Positions 1 through 8,675 of a stretch of 64,000 nucleotides of DNA are shown here, piece by piece (the stretch's first letter is position 1; the number at the start of each line of letters is the position of its first letter). The position numbers were made by a program, and so were the translations under genes. The stretch is from a virus: positions 64,001 through 128,000 of the IMG/VR virus record IMGVR_UViG_3300030329_006380; one strand, given 5' to 3'. Below the pieces are notes generated by a model. That model was not told the DNA's origin, ran no database searches, and worked only from the letters and a program-made list of their open reading frames with translations.

Positions 1-1
1 A

Positions 2-400
2 GCCGTTACTTAAGATAAAAGAAGTTCTATTATTAGTTGATATCTTTGCAATTTGCATCCACGGAGGGAGACTTTTAATTATACCTTTAACTTTTTTAAC
101 TAAATTTGCTGCTGTTCCAAATTTGGTCGCCATCACAAGAATATTTTTATCGCGGTGGAACATCATCATCCATGAAACATAGGCCGCGGCGATTGTTGAG
201 ATCCCCAACTGTCTGGCCTTGAGAATGATATTATATCGATAATCATTAAAGTCTTTCAATAAGCCGTCTTGGTAGTCGTATGTTCGAAATGGGATCAGAC
301 CCTTCATGGGGTGAGAAATTTTTGCATAATTATTTACAAAATAAATCGGGTCTTTGCCCGATTTAATAATTTCCTGCATAATTTCTTTTTTTGTTAACAT
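2..400 (-). CDS. terL: Terminase large subunit, N-terminal ATPase part (runs off the window edge)
   Basis: Not in the ORF track; translated by hand from the ATG at 400: MLTKKEIMQEIIKSGKDPIYFVNNYAKISHPMKGLIPFRTYDYQ...NIILKARQLGISTIAAAY. It shows the T4 gp17-like 'DP.YF' start, the YQ adenine motif and the KARQLGIST Walker A. Confidence 0.92.
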   Translation of the reverse strand, partial: MLTKKEIMQEIIKSGKDPIYFVNNYAKISHPMKGLIPFRTYDYQDGLLKDFNDYRYNIILKARQLGISTIAAAYVSWMMMFHRDKNILVMATKFGTAANLVKKVKGIIKSLPPWMQIAKISTNNRTSFILSNG

Positions 401-401
401 G

Positions 402-563
402 TTACTCTTCTCGTGAAGGCTTAGCTAGTTCCTTGCTTATGAGATCCTGTAAAAGATCTGCGTCAACCTCTAACACATCCTTATTATTTAAATTTTCAAC
501 AAATGTCTCAACCTCTTCTTTAATAAGTTGTTTAAGTCGTTTCTGAGAAATGTTCAATTTCAT
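402..563 (-). CDS. Small hypothetical protein (53 aa)
   Basis: Hand translation: MKLNISQKRLKQLIKEEVETFVENLNNKDVLEVDADLLQDLISKELAKPSREE*. AGGAGG RBS, ATGA overlap with the upstream gene, stop 2 nt before the terL start. Confidence 0.75.
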   Translation of the reverse strand: MKLNISQKRLKQLIKEEVETFVENLNNKDVLEVDADLLQDLISKELAKPSREE

Positions 564-1084
564 TGTTTACCTCCTTTTCCCAAGCTAAGCCAGTTTTTAA
601 CCGCGTCACTTAATCTATCTTCGCTGCCGGCAGCAACTGATTCAACTGCGGGTATTCCACCAATTTTATAAAACTTCTTAGCGGTAACCCATGCTCTAAC
701 TCTAGAGATATATTCTGCTCGCGCTTGAACGTCACCCTCGGATGTCAAAGTTAAAGCATCTCCAGTAACGGCTTTATACTCTTTTTTGAGGAATTTAACA
801 ATATCTTTCAATTTGGATTCTATTTCTCCCTCAAGATCCTTGAGGTTGTGAAGCTCCCTCAGCGTTAACTCACTATGATAATGCAAACAAAGCACGTTAC
901 CGTAAAAAGAGACACCAAACCCATCCATAACCCTTTTGTCCACCAGTGGGTCGCCTTCTTCTCTACTTAATCCAATTTCCCTTGCCCTTCCATCGGATGC
1001 ATATGCCTCAACATGCGCACCATCAGGCTTTCCATTTGCCGCTGCTTGAGAGATTCCTCTAATTATCTCTAATGTAGTCGCCAT
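560..1084 (-). CDS. Hypothetical phage protein (174 aa)
   Basis: ORF 560..1168. Likely start MATTLEII at 1084, with TAATG coupling and a GGAG RBS. No recognisable motif. Confidence 0.75.
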   Translation of the reverse strand: MATTLEIIRGISQAAANGKPDGAHVEAYASDGRAREIGLSREEGDPLVDKRVMDGFGVSFYGNVLCLHYHSELTLRELHNLKDLEGEIESKLKDIVKFLKKEYKAVTGDALTLTSEGDVQARAEYISRVRAWVTAKKFYKIGGIPAVESVAAGSEDRLSDAVKNWLSLGKGGKQ

Positions 1085-1467
1085 TATTTGTCTCCTCCCG
1101 GTCGCCACCCAGCTTCCCAACGTTCTTCTCGGTCCTCGACCCATTGAATGTAGCATCCAAAGCAACACTCGTATTTATTCATATAGAGATCGTCTTTTAA
1201 ACTAAAAGAATAATTGCCACAAACCTGGCAAGACCTCTTCGATTCTTTATTAAGTAGTTTTTTTGAAATGAAAAAACCATTGTTATCAACCTTGTCCCTA
1301 GATTCTCGTCTTTTTCTCTCTTTTTTAGAAAGTTTCTTTAATTGCTCTAAATAATCTCGCTCTTTTTCTTCATTCCAGTTGGATTTCGGGTTCTGAACTG
1401 TTTCTTCGCCATATTTTTCTGCTATGGCTTTCTCAACTTTTATTACATACTCTGGATCGTCTCTCAT
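1084..1467 (-). CDS. Hypothetical protein with C-terminal Cys cluster (possible Zn finger)
   Basis: Likely start MRDDPEY at 1467 (ATGA overlap). Carries CQVC...CCFGC. Confidence 0.7.
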   Translation of the reverse strand: MRDDPEYVIKVEKAIAEKYGEETVQNPKSNWNEEKERDYLEQLKKLSKKERKRRESRDKVDNNGFFISKKLLNKESKRSCQVCGNYSFSLKDDLYMNKYECCFGCYIQWVEDREERWEAGWRPGGDK

Positions 1468-1964
1468 TGTAAACTCACATCTAAATTTTTGTTGATAATA
1501 CTCTTGCTTAAAACTTCGCTCGATGCCCAGACAACCAAAATAGTTAGAAGGATACCCCCTAATACACCACCGGAAAACCATAAAGCAGAATAATCCTCTT
1601 CAGGGACAGCTAACTCTCTAAGTTTCCTTATTTCTTCGTCTTTTATCTCAATTATTTCTTTATGTTTCATTATAGCAGAATCTAAAGACAATTGCAAGTT
1701 TTCTATTTGTAATTTATACTCTGCTTCTTTCTTTTTTATTGCAAATTCAAGTTTAAGCTCATATCTTTCCTTATCTAACTCCATACGAGCCATGATCTCT
1801 GACATTGCCCATGGGTTTAATAAGATCCCTTCGAACGGAGCTTCTTGGTTTTTTCTGAGATTTGTTATTTTTGAATTTGGATTTGAAGTTAGCTCCTGAG
1901 AGAGCGCAGCAATAGGGTTAAGTATGAAAACTAAACATAATATTGCTGCAATATATCTTCTCAT
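1464..1964 (-). CDS. Membrane protein: signal peptide, coiled coil, C-terminal TM helix (spanin-like topology)
   Basis: N-terminal MRRYIAAILCLVFILNPIAALSQ, a charged heptad-rich middle, and C-terminal LWFSGGVLGGILLTILVVW. Confidence 0.6.
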   Translation of the reverse strand: MRRYIAAILCLVFILNPIAALSQELTSNPNSKITNLRKNQEAPFEGILLNPWAMSEIMARMELDKERYELKLEFAIKKKEAEYKLQIENLQLSLDSAIMKHKEIIEIKDEEIRKLRELAVPEEDYSALWFSGGVLGGILLTILVVWASSEVLSKSIINKNLDVSLQ

Positions 1965-2716
1965 TATGAATAAGTGTAATCGAGTTTCGGATCCTGACTA
2001 GTGCCGCTAAGCGGTGTGAGACTAAAGGTTGGGGCGCCGATACCGGTCGGAGCGGTTTCGCCATAATCCAATTTGCAAACCAGCATGAAAGCAACGTCTG
2101 CTTGTGACTGTGCTTGAGTGCTGACATATGATAGTAGATCACCGGTTATGGGAAAGCTTATATATGCTCCGCCAGTAACGGTTGCTTCATCACCGGAAAT
2201 AGAAGTGTTCCATCCAGCAGAATTATTATCATTTCTAAAATTTCCGACAGCCAAGTTGCTGCTTGTTATATCATTGTGTTTAAAGGCTTTCCACTTATTC
2301 ACATCCGTGTCCGGGTCGTTATCTATGGATGTACAGTAAACTTTAAGTGTTGCTGCGGAGACAGAACTGATGCCCGCTGCAAAAGCACCACCGTTAAACC
2401 TAAAATAGAAACGAGTAGTGCCGAAGTTTCCGCGTGAAACTTGAATATGGCCGGCCTCACTCCCTTCGTCATCAGCGGCTTGGCCCGACTCTGTGGCATC
2501 AATACAAGCTGCCCAAGAAGATTTCCCGGCAGACGGCAGTATTTTAAGAAAGCCGTCCAGTTCGCAGCCGGTGAGTGTTGCTTCAACAGAGGCGCTAGCT
2601 TCTTTTGAGCGCTTATATCTAAGAAACTTGCTACTTCTCTTTCCTATAGACACTGTTCCGCCAAAACTTGCCCTAGAATTACCAATACTCTGTCCTGTTT
2701 CAAAACCTGATGTCAT
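1964..2716 (-). CDS. Putative virion protein with DNRLRE/CBM96-like beta-sandwich C-terminal domain
   Basis: S/G/T-rich. 'RFYFRFN...SVSAATLKVYCTS...YISFPIT...DPKLDYTY' resembles the DNRLRE-family pattern. Confidence 0.45.
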   Translation of the reverse strand: MTSGFETGQSIGNSRASFGGTVSIGKRSSKFLRYKRSKEASASVEATLTGCELDGFLKILPSAGKSSWAACIDATESGQAADDEGSEAGHIQVSRGNFGTTRFYFRFNGGAFAAGISSVSAATLKVYCTSIDNDPDTDVNKWKAFKHNDITSSNLAVGNFRNDNNSAGWNTSISGDEATVTGGAYISFPITGDLLSYVSTQAQSQADVAFMLVCKLDYGETAPTGIGAPTFSLTPLSGTSQDPKLDYTYS

Positions 2717-3133
2717 TTATTCACTCTCCACAAATGTAAAACCAAAGTAATTAGCTATCTCCCGAGTATAAGCCTCAGGATCCTTCTCGTATTTTTTTGC
2801 TAATTCTTTGACAGTTTCTTTTTCTTTCTTTGTTAGTGTTTTCTCTTTTTTCTCATATTCTTTCTCTAATTGAGAAATGGTCTCTTGATATTTTTTTATA
2901 AGCTTATCGCGCTTTTCAAGCTCTTCAGAGTGTACTCGATTAACAGCTTCCAGTTCTTTTTTGTGACTTTCCTTTGTTACCTCCAGTACTTTGAAAACTT
3001 TATCTTCGCCAGATTTACCTTTCCATATCAGATAGACCAACCCAACAACCGCAAAGAGAGGCATATACCAATAATGTTTGATAAAAACCCAAACTTTCTT
3101 TAAAAACGTTTTAACGGCCAACCAAGTCAGCAT
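2717..3133 (-). CDS. N-terminally anchored coiled-coil membrane protein (i-spanin-like topology)
   Basis: Start MLTWLAVK at 3133 with GGGGAG RBS. One TM (YWYMPLFAVVGLVYLIW) is followed by a long K/E coiled coil. Confidence 0.55.
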   Translation of the reverse strand: MLTWLAVKTFLKKVWVFIKHYWYMPLFAVVGLVYLIWKGKSGEDKVFKVLEVTKESHKKELEAVNRVHSEELEKRDKLIKKYQETISQLEKEYEKKEKTLTKKEKETVKELAKKYEKDPEAYTREIANYFGFTFVESE

Positions 3134-3323
3134 CGGTACTCCCCGCTTGTCGCCATGCAGTGGCCATATCAGCAAAACCTTGAATCCCAACGTAACCCAG
3201 TGCGATCGCAACCCACTGATCTGCTGTGATATATCCGGAAACCAAAAATCCAGTTGACACCAGCCAGACCAATAATTTTCTGCTTATAAGCTTTTCTAAA
3301 TATCTATCCAATAGTTTACTCAT
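3111..3323 (-). CDS. Small two-TM membrane protein, holin-like (70 aa)
   Basis: Start MSKLLD at 3323 with AGGAG RBS. Basic N-terminus, SRKLLVWLVSTGFLV, and a second TM WVAIALGYVGIQG. Confidence 0.55.
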   Translation of the reverse strand: MSKLLDRYLEKLISRKLLVWLVSTGFLVSGYITADQWVAIALGYVGIQGFADMATAWRQAGSTDADLVGR

Positions 3324-3339
3324 GGTTTTTCTCCTACAG

Positions 3340-3347
3340 TAATTAGT
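3340..3347 (-). promoter_or_regulatory. Putative late promoter motif ACTAATTA
   Basis: Same core just upstream of the RBS of the holin-like gene. Confidence 0.35.
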
Positions 3348-6300
3348 CATTTTACATGATTCACGTAAGCGTAATTATCTTTTTTATCAATAATAATCTG
3401 AGTATCGACACAATCCTTCAATCCTTCGAGGTGAGAAATCAATAAAACTGTCTTGAAATACATTTTAATTATATCCAAGATCCTCACGAATCCCTCAAGA
3501 TTTGCTTCATCTAAAGCAGTTCCAGGCTCATCGAGAATAAATATATTCGGCTTGGGAAGATTAGAAACAGATAGGAAGGATAAACGAATGGCCATAGCTG
3601 CAATGGTTTTCTCAGCCCCAGATCCCATTGATATCGGTCGAGGCTCTTGATCCTCGTGTTTAATAAAAATATTCAATTGCTTTTCATCTTCCTCGAAATA
3701 AACTTCAAAATTCGCTATATTTGCCAAAACTTTAGCAATTTCATTGTTGATTATTGGAAGCTTTTTCTTAATGATATCATAAGAAATTCCACAATTATGC
3801 ATACATCTTAAAAATAAATCATATATTGTGAATTGTTCATGAGCTTCTAGATATTCTTCTTTCTGAACCGTGACACTTTCATACTTCTGTTCCAGTGAGC
3901 CATGTATTTTATAAAGCTCCAGCTTCTCTTCATTGCATTTTCTCAACTCAGAAGATAAAGAGTGTATGCTGTTTTCGATGGTATCTAATTCTCCAACCAA
4001 AGATTCGAGATTTTCAATAGCTTCCTTATTCTCCTCATACTCCTGAATCTTATCTTCATTCTTTTTTATTTCATGCTGTGTGGTCTCAAGAACAGCTTCG
4101 TTCTTATCGATTTTTAAATTAATCTGAATTGCTTCTTTTTCTATATTTGATTTCCTTTCAAGCACCTGTTGATATTTTTGAAGATGTTGATCATTTTTAT
4201 CTGGCTCCATATCTTTAATAGCTTGCTCAAGTCCCTCTGCTTGACCTTTGATATCTGCTAAATTATCTTCAATAGAACGCATGCTATCTTTGGCTTCAAA
4301 TGCGTCCTTTATAAAGCGACATGAAGAGTATTCATCACCACATGGCACCTGATTCAATAATTTAATTTTCTGGCTCTTTCTCTTGATTTCTTGATCAACT
4401 GACTGGATATTTCTTAAAATATTATCTAACTCTTGTTTTTTCTCAATAATCAATCCCTGTTTCTCTTTTATCTCTTCATACTTGAATGTTTCGAGAAAGT
4501 GGCCGATTTTTTCTAGAAGTCCCAGATTAGACTTAACATCTTGTCTTAATTGCTCATTTTTGGCCTTTAGAGAAGCAAATTTAGATGTATTATCGCTCAG
4601 AGCCTTTCGAACGGCTACAACATCGATTATCTCACTCGGAAGAGATTTTATCAATAAATTTATCCTCTGTCGCTCCTCCTTGAGAATATCAATTTTTGAG
4701 TCAATCTTTAAGCATTGTTGCTTCCTGTCTTCTATTTTTTCAAGACTAAAGTCTATTTTTTCTTGAATTTCTTTTAATTCCTCTGAAAAATCTCTATCCT
4801 GCAATCGTTTAATATTTGCTTTCAATAATGCCGAGTCTTCTTTTGCTAATTTAAATTTCTTATCAAATATCTCCAAATCTAAAAACTTTGCCAATATCTC
4901 CTTTCTCTTGGTGGACCCCTCATTTATAAAATTTAAAGCGCCCATTTGACTAGTCATCGAAGTAAACAAAAAATCCTGTAATGATCCAAAATACTTTCTT
5001 ATATTTTTATCAGTGTCGTTTCTTGTCAAGCCATTTAAATCAACGGTTTCTTCTGTTACCGTGTTCTCAACCGAAAAGTTTAAATCTGTTTTCGCTTCGA
5101 GAGTTTCCTTGCCCTTTAATTTCTTAACATATTTTTCTGAGTTTCTCTTGACCCTGAAAATATTATTCCCAACGGCAATCTCTACTTCTCCAATTCCATA
5201 ATCTTTCTTCTCGTTGATAATATTAAGATTTTTTCTTTCATTCTTCGAGGTACTGTTGAAGAGTGTATAGAGAATAGTATCGATAATGCTGGATTTTCCA
5301 GAATAGTTTTTACCAAAAATTCCGACGACTCCGCTAAGATTTTCAAAATCGATAATGTTGTCTTCCCCAAAATTAAACAAATTACTCCATTTCAGTGCTT
5401 TAAGCTTCCAGTTAACATTTCTCCCAATCTCTTCATTCTCTTCAATTAGTGTATTGTATTTTTTATTTAAATCATAGATCTTTTCTAATTTCTCATCACT
5501 GAGTTCGTAATCCTTGAGATAATCGGCAATCAAGTCTTTTTGAACGGCGATATCGCGAAGATCTTCTTGTCCAATCGATATACTGTCATCGTCCAAGTCA
5601 ACAGAAGATCCCTCCGCTTTATTGAGAAAAGTGACAGATTCAGGCTTAAATTTGGTCTTTGAGATCTCGACGGCACGTCGAAGCTTATCCAAAGGCAGGT
5701 TGTTCCTCGAAACCAATCGTAGCTTCGCATTTTCTGGTAGTGTAGTATTCTTGGGGATCCTTCCCTTCGGGGTTAATTCAATTGTAATAAAAGGGCATGT
5801 ATTTTTTACTAATACATGCTTAACTGTAAAAGAATCTTTATTTTCAATATCCCAAATCAAAAAACCTTTGTCGTTGGTTTCCCCATGGTTCTGTTGAATC
5901 AGACTGCCAGCATATCGAATTTTACCTTTCGGATCCAATGCTTGATTTGTCTTGTGGATATCACCCAGCATTCCATAATCGAATTCATTAAAAATATTCA
6001 ATTCCTCTTCACCATGCTTCATGACCCAGCCAACATCGGTTTGACACCCACTTATTGATCCATGATAAAGGGCGATATTTATTTTATCTTTATTTGTCGG
6101 AGTTATCCAATTATCTTTATCGAAAATAGATAAACAATTGAAAACGACACCCTCTTGTATTTCAACCTCTTCACTGTTTTTGATCAGAACAATGTTGGGG
6201 TTGTCTAAAGCCTCAACAACCGGAGTAACTGCGTCTTGACGATGAGCAGTTCTCAGATTTCCATCGTGATTACCTAGTATTACATATGTTTTTGCTATAT

Positions 6301-6508
6301 TGGATAATTTACAAAGGAAGTCTGAACATAAATCAAAGTATTCCGGACTTAATTGTGTTTTTGTGTGAGCAATATCGCCAGCAACATAAATTACATCAAC
6401 CTCTTCCCTCTCAAGTTTAATGTAAAGATCGTCAAAGCACTCACGATATTGTTTGTGAAATTTTAAATTTCTAATATGTACATCTGCTATATGAGCAATT
6501 CTTATCAT
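3347..6508 (-). CDS. Single-chain Mre11(SbcD)-Rad50(SbcC) nuclease-ATPase fusion (1053 aa)
   Basis: Metallophosphoesterase motifs HIADVH, AGDIAH, GNHD, YHG and GDIH. Then Walker A GKNYSGKSS, a coiled coil with a central Cys pair, signature SMGSGAEK, Walker B/D-loop FILDEPGTALD, and H-loop LISH. Confidence 0.93.
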   Translation of the reverse strand: MIRIAHIADVHIRNLKFHKQYRECFDDLYIKLEREEVDVIYVAGDIAHTKTQLSPEYFDLCSDFLCKLSNIAKTYVILGNHDGNLRTAHRQDAVTPVVEALDNPNIVLIKNSEEVEIQEGVVFNCLSIFDKDNWITPTNKDKINIALYHGSISGCQTDVGWVMKHGEEELNIFNEFDYGMLGDIHKTNQALDPKGKIRYAGSLIQQNHGETNDKGFLIWDIENKDSFTVKHVLVKNTCPFITIELTPKGRIPKNTTLPENAKLRLVSRNNLPLDKLRRAVEISKTKFKPESVTFLNKAEGSSVDLDDDSISIGQEDLRDIAVQKDLIADYLKDYELSDEKLEKIYDLNKKYNTLIEENEEIGRNVNWKLKALKWSNLFNFGEDNIIDFENLSGVVGIFGKNYSGKSSIIDTILYTLFNSTSKNERKNLNIINEKKDYGIGEVEIAVGNNIFRVKRNSEKYVKKLKGKETLEAKTDLNFSVENTVTEETVDLNGLTRNDTDKNIRKYFGSLQDFLFTSMTSQMGALNFINEGSTKRKEILAKFLDLEIFDKKFKLAKEDSALLKANIKRLQDRDFSEELKEIQEKIDFSLEKIEDRKQQCLKIDSKIDILKEERQRINLLIKSLPSEIIDVVAVRKALSDNTSKFASLKAKNEQLRQDVKSNLGLLEKIGHFLETFKYEEIKEKQGLIIEKKQELDNILRNIQSVDQEIKRKSQKIKLLNQVPCGDEYSSCRFIKDAFEAKDSMRSIEDNLADIKGQAEGLEQAIKDMEPDKNDQHLQKYQQVLERKSNIEKEAIQINLKIDKNEAVLETTQHEIKKNEDKIQEYEENKEAIENLESLVGELDTIENSIHSLSSELRKCNEEKLELYKIHGSLEQKYESVTVQKEEYLEAHEQFTIYDLFLRCMHNCGISYDIIKKKLPIINNEIAKVLANIANFEVYFEEDEKQLNIFIKHEDQEPRPISMGSGAEKTIAAMAIRLSFLSVSNLPKPNIFILDEPGTALDEANLEGFVRILDIIKMYFKTVLLISHLEGLKDCVDTQIIIDKKDNYAYVNHVK

Positions 6509-6517
6509 ACACCCTCT

Positions 6518-7222
6518 CTAGAGATCTCGGCAACACCGAAATCCCGTTTCATAAAATCTAAACAAATCTCCGTGATTGCTCACGGACTGTCGACAGTTTC
6601 GTGGCTCAGACCAGAACCTGCCTTTAAGTCTTCCGTTAAAATACCCCCTTCTGGTTTTTCTTTTCTTTGTCCACTCTTCCACATTCCCAAGCATATCGTA
6701 GACTCCGTAACCAGAGACACATCTCTCCATTGCGCCACTTGGTTCTGCCTGATATAATTCATGGATGTGGTTTGCCGCTTCATAAGAAATTGCCGAATGC
6801 TTTTCTGCATTGGACAATAACCCCAAGAAGCTATCAACCTCTGGATTAGAAAATCCTTTCCTCCAGACTCCAAGATAATATTTTGAATATTTTATCCATG
6901 TTTTACTGTCATTACACACTCCTTTTTCATATTTTGTCCCATATTTCCATGGCAAATCTTTTGGACCAACACAGGCTTTTGTCCACTCATCATCATAACA
7001 CAAGCGCTTGCCACGTGCCTGACACCATGCTTCACTCTCAACCATAGAATACATCACCAAAGGCTCGTCTCCTTTTTGATTGGGAGCTTCATATTTATCA
7101 ATACAAAAATCTTTTACTTTTATCATTCCCGCTGGACATGTTATTGTTTCCTCTGTTGCATAAAGAAAACCCATGCAAGTAAAAACACCAGTGAGTATAA
7201 CAATTGATGGCAACCTCTTCAT
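6518..7222 (-). CDS. FGE-sulfatase (formylglycine-generating-enzyme-like / C-type-lectin fold) domain protein with N-terminal signal or anchor
   Basis: CPAGM..V..FCIDKYEAPN, EAWC...GKRLC...EW..AC, GVYDMLGNVEEWT and GFRCC; hydrophobic N-terminus. Confidence 0.85.
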   Translation of the reverse strand: MKRLPSIVILTGVFTCMGFLYATEETITCPAGMIKVKDFCIDKYEAPNQKGDEPLVMYSMVESEAWCQARGKRLCYDDEWTKACVGPKDLPWKYGTKYEKGVCNDSKTWIKYSKYYLGVWRKGFSNPEVDSFLGLLSNAEKHSAISYEAANHIHELYQAEPSGAMERCVSGYGVYDMLGNVEEWTKKRKTRRGYFNGRLKGRFWSEPRNCRQSVSNHGDLFRFYETGFRCCRDL

Positions 7223-8160
7223 GCAATCATCGTCCTATAAATCATATATTTTTCCATACTCATAAACTCTGCCTCCTTCTTTCTTTTCTGAAATTCCGAT
7301 CGTGGCATCTCTGCAACATCTTGATAGCCATCGGTGTCGATCTTAAAAACCTCGACGTCATATTTTAATAACTTTTCTATCATAGAGAGTGATTTCTTCT
7401 CCGCATCGCGGTCGAGCGCAATAAAAACCGAAGTATCGTTTTTTACTATTTCCCAGAATAACTTGGAATTTTCTGACAGCGTCGATCCCATCAAAGGAAT
7501 AGAATTTTCCCCTGCATTGATCGCGTCAAAGACGCCCTCCGTTATGACAACTTCTTTTGAGAAATCAACATATAATTCATTAAAAATAATTTTATTTTTT
7601 GCAACTCTGGGATTCATATATTTTCGCCAGTCATTAATATAATTTCTAGCAATAAAGAAATTAACTTTGCCCTCTGCATTAAAAGATGGTATTATAATTC
7701 TATCTTTAAAGATACCAGACACACAATAACCAATTTTCCACTTCAAGATATCTGCATTGGATACCGATCGATCTTTAAGATACTTTCGGGCCGGCATCGA
7801 AGAAAAAGCAATCTCTTTCGTACTCAACGGCAAGAAACCATCGGGAAGGTCTAGCGTTATCTCTTCCTCTTTTTCTTCCAATTGAAAAAGAATCTTCTCA
7901 AATTCACTGATATTGACTTTACGATCAAAGTTAGACCATTCGCGGCAATCTGTGAAATCCCCATATCTTTTAACAAGACGATAGATATTTTTTCCACGAT
8001 AATCGCAGACCCAGCATTTGAACACATTCTTCTCAATGTTCACGGAAAGCTTAAGTTTGTGATGATTGCATTGTGGACAGTGAAATTGATATTCTTTGGT
8101 GGACTGTTTATAGGATCCGAATATTTTCTGTAGAATTTTTAGTTTTGCAGTTGTTTCCAA
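7219..8160 (-). CDS. DNA primase (Zn finger plus Toprim)
   Basis: CPQC...CWVC zinc-binding domain, RIIIP, ITEGVFDAI, and ALDRDA (DxD). Confidence 0.9.
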   Translation of the reverse strand: METTAKLKILQKIFGSYKQSTKEYQFHCPQCNHHKLKLSVNIEKNVFKCWVCDYRGKNIYRLVKRYGDFTDCREWSNFDRKVNISEFEKILFQLEEKEEEITLDLPDGFLPLSTKEIAFSSMPARKYLKDRSVSNADILKWKIGYCVSGIFKDRIIIPSFNAEGKVNFFIARNYINDWRKYMNPRVAKNKIIFNELYVDFSKEVVITEGVFDAINAGENSIPLMGSTLSENSKLFWEIVKNDTSVFIALDRDAEKKSLSMIEKLLKYDVEVFKIDTDGYQDVAEMPRSEFQKRKKEAEFMSMEKYMIYRTMIA

Positions 8161-8675
8161 GTATTTAACCCCGAGCGTGCGATAATCAGCGAATCGGCCC
8201 GGTCATACGTTCCAGGCACAGGATTATCATTTCTGGTATATGATACCACGAAATCACGCTCGTTGTCAAGGATATATTCCAAAACAACTTGTTTTGCTTT
8301 CTGTCCGCGCATCACTTTGATACCACAGGACTTTCTTGCCGACACTGCTGCAAGAGGGGTAGGGGGCTCACCAAAAAGTTCATAAACAAGATAAGAGGTG
8401 ATGCCATTAATCTTAGAAAGCACTGAGAGAGTTTTTGCTGACGAAAATCCGGATCTGAATGATTGCAGACTCTCTTCAATGAAGACTTTCTCAATCTCAT
8501 AGCTTTCCTTGAGATCCAATAGTTTATTTTTTATAAATTCTGCTTTATGGAACAATGTTGGAAAGTGTCTTTTATTTCGCGTGTCCCAAGCTTCGCAATA
8601 TAAAATTTTTCCACTTTCATCAATTACTGTAGCGCCAGTGATGCTGGTACTAACGTCAAGGCCAAGAATATTCAT
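8139..8675 (-). CDS. ruvC: RuvC-like Holliday junction resolvase
   Basis: ILGLDVSTSITG (catalytic D), VFIEE (E), and DRADSLIIA (D..D). Confidence 0.85.
   Translation of the reverse strand: MNILGLDVSTSITGATVIDESGKILYCEAWDTRNKRHFPTLFHKAEFIKNKLLDLKESYEIEKVFIEESLQSFRSGFSSAKTLSVLSKINGITSYLVYELFGEPPTPLAAVSARKSCGIKVMRGQKAKQVVLEYILDNERDFVVSYTRNDNPVPGTYDRADSLIIARSGLNTWKQLQN

Noticed and set aside
6518-6700. Diversity-generating retroelement target (C-lectin fold ending GFRCC)
   Set aside because: I saw no template-repeat copy of this 3' end and no reverse transcriptase in the window; one elsewhere in the genome cannot be excluded.
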